Part shown: positions 55,301 through 62,000 of the stretch, in pieces | Layout of the letters: the number at the start of each line of letters is the position of its first letter | Position numbering within the stretch: position 1 is the first letter of the stretch | Source of the DNA: Chiloscyllium plagiosum | Lineage: Eukaryota | Direction: 5' to 3' | Assembly (NCBI RefSeq): GCF_004010195.1 | Contig: NC_057755.1 | Span: 8,131,082 to 8,193,081 of the forward strand | DNA: 62,000 bases | Notes under the pieces: model-generated | Database searches by the model: none | What the model was told of the DNA's origin: nothing | The model's input: only the letters and a program-made list of their open reading frames with translations | Position numbers and translations under genes: made by a program

Positions 55301-56658
55301 CTGTTACCATAGATCTTTTCTGCCTCTTTTGAGGGTAATCCCCCGAGGTCTAGTTTCTCCTGCCAATGGCAACAATCTGCATGTTTCTATACAGTCTATT
55401 CCCTTCATAATTTTAAATAAATCTATAACATTCATTCTTCATGCTTCTAAATTACAATTGACATGTTCCCAATCTAATCAATCTCTCCTCATACGCCAAC
55501 CACTCCAATGCCAGTTCGTCTGTTCTCAAATAAGGTAAAACGTATTTTGTAGCATGGTTGATAAGTTTGAAAATACGATTCTTCCGCCTTCTTCCTGAAA
55601 GTCTCTATCCCTTTACCAATTCAGAACCTATCTATCTCTTCCTTTAGAACCTTCCTGAGAAAGTGTCACTGGATCCTAAGTGTTGACTCTGATTTCTCTC
55701 CCCCGATGCTTCAAGACTTGCTGAACATTTGCAGCAACTTCTGCTTTTGTTTCTGATTCACAGCATCTTCGTGTATTTTGGTTATTACCCATTTATCTTT
55801 ATCATACGTGCGCTCAGTAACCTGGACTCTACAGCCTTCTGCGGCAATGAGTGTCACAAATTCACCACCCTCTGGTTGAAGAAATTCCTATTCATCGCAA
55901 TTCTAAAGTGAAGTCCCTTCACTCTGTGGCTTTGCCTTCTACCCTCGACTCTCCTATCTTTGGAACCATCTTCCCTATGTCCGGTCTATCCAAGCCACCC
56001 ATTATTGTGTAAGATTTAAGAGCTTTCCTCCTTATCCTTCTAAACTCCATGGAATGCAGACGCAAAGGATTCTATTGCTTCTCATATGATAAGCCCAACA
56101 TCCCTCGGATCTTTGTTATAAATTTTCTATAGACTCCCTCCATAGCCGTCACTTTTTCCCAGAGCTATGAGCCCGACAACTGATCATTCTGTGCAAAATG
56201 CAGTCTGTTGAGAGTCTCATATCGCTTCAGCAGTACGTCCCTGTTCGTATACGCAAGACCTCCTGTAACACGTGCTAACACTGCAAGTGCCTTCCTAACT
56301 GCCAAATGAACCACGCCCACTAACCTTAAGAGGATCCTGAACAACGAATCTGAAGATGATTTCTACTTCAGTATTCCAAAGCCTTTCCACATTTAAAATG
56401 ATTTACCTTCAGCTCCATCTACATTGCTCCCCGAAACAACCTCCTCTCAGCTACAGCTTGCACACGAAATTAGGAATACTATTGAATCCAAAGAGGGGAT
56501 GGATAAAATGATCAAAAAAAGTCAAACCTGAGCTCGAGGAGCATTTCAGAATTCAGAAAGAGAAAACAAAAAGATTGGTTAAGTTCGGAAAAATCGAACA
56601 CAAGAATAAAATGCAGGGAGCATCAACATATTACTGTGAAGCTTTCCGAGGATATGTA

Positions 56659-58326
56659 AACATAGAACATAGAACATAGAAGAATACAGCGCAGTACAGG
56701 CCCTTTGGCCCTCGATGTTGCGCCGATCCAAGCCCACCTAACCTATACTAACCCACTATCCTCCATATACCTATCCAATGCCCGCTTAAATGCCCATAAA
56801 GAAGGAGAGTCCACCACTGCTACTGGCAGGGCATTCCATGAACTTACGACTCGCTGAGTGAAGAACCTACCCCTAACTTCAGTCCTATATCTACCCCCCC
56901 TTAATTTAAAACTATGCCCCCTTGTAATACCCGACTCCATACGCGGAAAAAGGTTCACACTGTCAACCCTATCTAACCCCCTAATCATCTTGTACACCTC
57001 AATCAAGTCACCCCTAAACCTTCTTTTCTCTAATGAAAACAGCCCCAAGTGTCTCAATCTTTCCTCATACGATCTTCCTTCCATACCAGGCAACATCCTG
57101 GTAAACCTCCTCTGCACCCGTTCCAGTGCCTCCACATCCTTCCTATAGTATGGCAACCAAAACTGCACACAATATTCCAGATGCGGCCGCACCAGAGTCT
57201 TATACAACTGCATCATGACCTCAGGACTCCCGAACTCAATTCCTCTACCAATAAAAGCCAGTACGCCATATGCCTTCCTCACCGCACTATTTACCTGGGT
57301 GGCAACTTTCAGAGATCTGTGTACATGGACACCAAGATCCCTCTGCTCATCCACACTACCAAGTATCCGACCATTAGCCCAGTACACCATCTTTTTGTTA
57401 TTCTTCCCAAAGTGAATCACCTCGCACTTAGCTACATTGAATTCCATCTGCCACCTTTCTGCCCAGCTCTGCAGCTTCTCTATATCCTGCTGTAACCTGC
57501 CACATCCTTCCTCACTGTCAACAACTCCTCCGACTTTCGTATCATCCGCAAACTTGCTCACCCAACCTTCTAACCCCTCTTCCAGGTCATTTATAAAAAT
57601 GACAAACAGCAATGGTCCCAAAACAGATCCTTGCGGAACACCGCTAGTGACGGCACTCCAAGATGAACCTTTGCCATCAACTACTACCCTCTGTCTTCTT
57701 CCATCCAGCCAATTCCTAATCCAAACCTCCAACTCACCCTCAATGCCATATCTCCGTATGTTCTGCAGTAGCCTACCATGGGGAACCTTATCAAACACCT
57801 TACAAAATCCATATATACCACATCTACCGCTTTCCCCTCATCAACCTCCTTCGTCACCTTTTCAAAGAATTCAATAAGGTTTGTGAGGCACGACCTGCCC
57901 TCCACAAATCAAGGCCAATGGCTCTGCAATCTCCTCCCTTGCTTCCCAGAGAATCCTAGGATAAATGCCATCAGGCCCAGGGGACTTATCTATTTTCACC
58001 TTTTCCAGGATTTCCAACACCTCTTCTCTACATACCTTAAAGCCATCCATTCTACTTATTTGTGACTCAGTATTCACATCGACGACAATGCCCTGTTCCT
58101 GAGTAAATACTGAAGAAAAGTATTCATTCAGTGTCTCCCCAATCTCTTCCGCCTCCACACGCAACTTCCCACTACTATCCTTGACTGGGCCTATTCCTAC
58201 CCTAGTCATTCTTTTATTCCTAACATACCTATAGAAAGCCTTAGGGTTTTCCCTAATCCTACCAACTAAGGACCTTTCATGTCCCCTCCTTGCTGCTCTT
58301 AGCTCTCTCTTCAGCTCCTTCCTGGC
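56659..58326 (-). mobile_element. Young 5'-truncated CR1 LINE with a long open RT C-terminal frame (56743-57798)
   Basis: SGVPQGSVLGPLLFVIFINDL, FADDTK and a (CATAGAA)x3 tail. Confidence 0.93.
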
Positions 58327-59895
58327 TTTAAAGAAAATATTGATTTGGGATGTAAAATGCGAATCCTTAAGAACAAAAATCGGGGAAAACGTAACGGAAG
58401 GGTACAATGGAAATGGTAGAAAAATTAAACAAGTATTGCGGTTCTCTCTTCACAAATATCCTTCCAGAAGGTTTCTGTCATTAAAATGTGACACTCGTTA
58501 AGATATAAAGAAGCATTTTGGCGAAAATAATGGGTTTAAATGCTGACAAATCACCAGAGCGTCTTAATTCTCCACTGGAGAGTGCTAAAGACAGTGCTCC
58601 TGGAAATATTGTTGTCATGTTTCAAACTTCTGTCGGCAATGGAACAGTTCTTATCAATTGGAGGGTGGTAAGAGGAACCATGCCGTTTAAAAAGGGAAGG
58701 AGAGAACTCAGAAAGAGAATGATAGAGCAGTTCGCCCAACAGTAATGGGAAAATTCTCGAATCTGTGATTAATAAAAAGATGAAAAGCCCATTTAGCAAG
58801 CATTAAAAGGATTAGACAAAAACATTTTTTGATGATGAAACCAGTCGAATAGAGAAGGATGAAACAGTGTATTGAGTGGATTTGCATGACATGTAGTCTT
58901 TTGATAAAGGTTCAAAGGACAAGTTAATGGACAAATTTAATTGCGTAGATTGAACAGTAATAAATTGCCATGTATTGAGAATTGTTTTGCAGACTATACA
59001 TAGATAATGGGGATGTATTTTATTTCCCGGATGGCAGATATTAAGTAGCGTGATAGCCTGTGCCCATCTCGTCATTGTGTATATTAACAACGTAGAGGAC
59101 AGAAACAAAGACAATATTTCCAAATTGGCCAAGGACACAAACCTAAGCAGGTTTATAATTTGTAACAAGGCTTCAGGGCAATGAAGAACATTTGAGTGAG
59201 TGGCGGGTGCAGTAATAATGTGCAATAAAGTAAAGTTTGCACTTAAGTCTAAAAAGTAATGCAGGAAGTCAGAGTATTGCTAAAGTATGATATTTTGAGA
59301 AAACTAGTTGGACAAATAGATTTAGATGACCTTGTGCATGAATAGCTGATCGTGGGAATGATTCAATGAAAGTAAATAGGCAGGTGTAGTAAACAAATGG
59401 AACACAAATGATATACTGTCCTGCATTGCAAGAGATTCTGAGTTCAGAAATAAGAATGTCTTAATGTCGTGATCTAAGACATTAGCGAGACTACACCTGA
59501 AGCATTGTGTGCAGTTTTGACGTCTCTGTTCAAGAAAGGACAATGTGTCTTATAGGACCTTCAGTAGATGTTCCTTGCATTGGTACTGGGTTGGTCCATC
59601 TGAGACTTTGCTGTCTGCTTGGTCAAATCAAGATGCTGAAGGGAGGAGAGCCTGATTTACTAAGATAACTGTCAATCACAGGGCTCGGGTAGTCAATTTA
59701 GATAAACATAGCTCCATGAATGAATGCTGCTGCTTTCGATCATCAAATGAATATGCATGATTGGGTTCAGAAGTTGCCACTAATTGTCTAAAATGACATA
59801 TTTAATGTGTTCAAAAATCACTGAATGCAGCTAGATGATTTACTGAGGAGACTGTCAGACACAGGACAGAGCTTCCAGCGTGCCCGTAAATCTCT

Positions 59896-60806
59896 CTACA
59901 TGTTTTCTTTGTTTATTAATTGAACAATTGATGTCACCGGATATCTCACAGCGCACAGAACTTGCTCTCTGAACTTTGACTGTGTCACGCCATAAATAAA
60001 TGTATTTGTGCAGCAACTTAAATTCCGTAACATCCAACCAACTTCCCTAAATACATATTCAGAATCACTGTACTCCCAGGGATTTATTCTTTTCACGTTG
60101 TAATATAAGAATTCTATGACGTACACCAACCATAGAACTATGAAGGTACCAGATATGGTGAATAGTAAAATCATAGACTTTCTTCTGTTCTCCATTTCTG
60201 GATCACCGGAATTCTCTCTTCTGCTCTGACCCCTCAGTCCTTTGCGGACATGACTGGCGATTAGAATGTGTCTGACTGTCAGAACATTGAGCAACAGTAT
60301 TAAAGAGAAAGGAAACAATGGTGTTAAGACCCTGTCAAGCCAGCCAAATGCCACCCATCCAGGTTCACTATAATAGATAGGCTTTCGATAACAGAGCCGA
60401 GGAACATTGTTGACTATGATCCATGGTTGGTATGTAAAGTACTGAGGAATGTTTTTTAAACAGAATAGCACAGTGGTTGCTGCGAGAAACGCAGATGATG
60501 TTTTCTTCGTGCAGTATTTTGCTTTTAGCTTCTGACAGCAAATGGCCACAAATCTGTCAAAGGTGAAAGTGACGGTGAACCAAACAGAACAGTCTGTTGC
60601 TGCTCGGAGCAAGACATCATTAGCACTACACACAGGTGTTAGCTCGAGGAATGAGCCGGGAAAATAGTAATAATTAATACGCCATAATATAACCTCTGTG
60701 ACAATAACTAGTAGATCTGCTGTTGCCATGGCCACCAGGTAACGAGTTGTGCAGGTAGACAGGCCACACTTTCCACGAGACAGGATCACAATTCCTAGTA
60801 CGTTAA
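59896..60806 (-). CDS. GPR139/GPR142-like class A GPCR, unit D, exon 2 (exon 1 not found in window)
   Basis: Intact frame VNVLGIVILSRGKCGLSTCTTRYLVAMATADLL..TFDRFVAICC..CCTNTFIY. Acceptor ctctctcAG|TT at 60807/60806, phase 1. Confidence 0.92.
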
Positions 60807-61466
60807 CTGAGAGAGAGAAAAGAGAAATAAAACTAGATAGTAATGAACAATTGTACTCTATGTTAGAGCCTATTATTTATTCTTTATTGACAGGCTTAAC
60901 TCTGAACAGCTGGGTTCCCCATTGGATCCCATAACACACTCAATATCCAGGATTGAAGATCGTTATCAAAATATCATACTCATGCCAGGTGTTTGTGCCC
61001 TCGTGAATTTTCTCATTGCTGGAAAACATTTGACCTTCTGGATTTTCTGAAGTTAGAAGGCTAGGGCGAAGGGTGTCGAGGACGAATGAGGTTGGTGCTG
61101 TCATTTAATTGTGACTGCAACTGCAACATGCCATCTTGTCGCCCAGCCAACAACTCTGCCCCAGGCTTGCTGAAGTACACAAGTGAAGCTCAGGGCAAGG
61201 TGGGAAAAAAATGATTCCCAAAACACATCAACTCAGACATGTCTGGACAAGTTTAGTTTGCCACTTTTCCACTCAAAATTCCTTCTGTTCTACATACCAT
61301 TGCATTCTTTGACGTCCTTTCCCATTATCCTCAACGCAACCAATTTTTATGTCATCTGAAAAACTGCACATCAGACCACGAGCATCTTATGGTAAATCAC
61401 ATTTGTTTGTGCGTTTTATATATATAAATCACTCAAATACACACATTCATAGATCGGCAGAAAGAT

Positions 61467-61613
<147 letters not shown>

Positions 61614-61671
61614 TATAAAGAAAGCAGCACTGCGCCTTGTGAAAAGCCAATTGATATAGACGTCTAAGCAG

Positions 61672-61878
61672 AAAGTTAAAATCACACAACACCAGGTTAT
61701 AGTCCAATAGGTTTACTTGGAAGCACTAGGTTTCGGAGCGCCGCTCCTTCATCTTTTAGTTGTGACCAAGCCTCGCTCCGAAAGCTAGTACTTCCAAATA
61801 AACCTGTTGGACTATAACCTGGCGTTGGGTGATTTTTAACTTTGTACATCCCAGTCCAACACCGACATCTCCAAATCC
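61672..61878. mobile_element. Short palindromic Penelope-derived element
   Basis: 61672-61740 is a near-perfect reverse complement of 61774-61843. Confidence 0.75.
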
Positions 61879-62000
61879 AATCAGAAATGCATCGCTCCAT
61901 AACTGCGCTTGACTTTTACGAATAAGTTAGGTCTGTATCCAACTTGTTTCTAATGAAATTTGCAGGAAAACCAAACCAGAAGGTGACTTATTAAATTCCA

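Noticed and set aside
56743..57798. 351-aa ORF as a host gene
   Set aside because: RT C-terminus of a truncated CR1 copy with an upstream frameshift and deletion.

Overview
Repeat-rich eukaryotic genomic DNA, almost certainly from a shark or other elasmobranch (HE1-type SINEs, CR1/HER1 LINEs). The host content is a tandem, minus-strand array of two-exon class A GPCR genes of the GPR139/GPR142-like type, in four duplicated units. Unit A is intact (exon 1 12360-12426 plus exon 2 8241-9106, 310 aa). Unit B is an orphan exon 1 with an ATA start whose exon 2 has been deleted. Unit C is a frameshifted pseudogene (46854-46920 plus 43183-44045). Unit D has an intact exon 2 (59896-60806), with exon 1 apparently beyond the window. 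Most of the remaining sequence is nested transposons: many CR1 LINEs, three Gypsy remnants with Gmr1-like integrase-before-RT order, Penelope-like fragments carrying minimal hammerhead ribozyme motifs, tRNA-derived SINEs and microsatellites. All alignments were made by eye and repeat boundaries are approximate.
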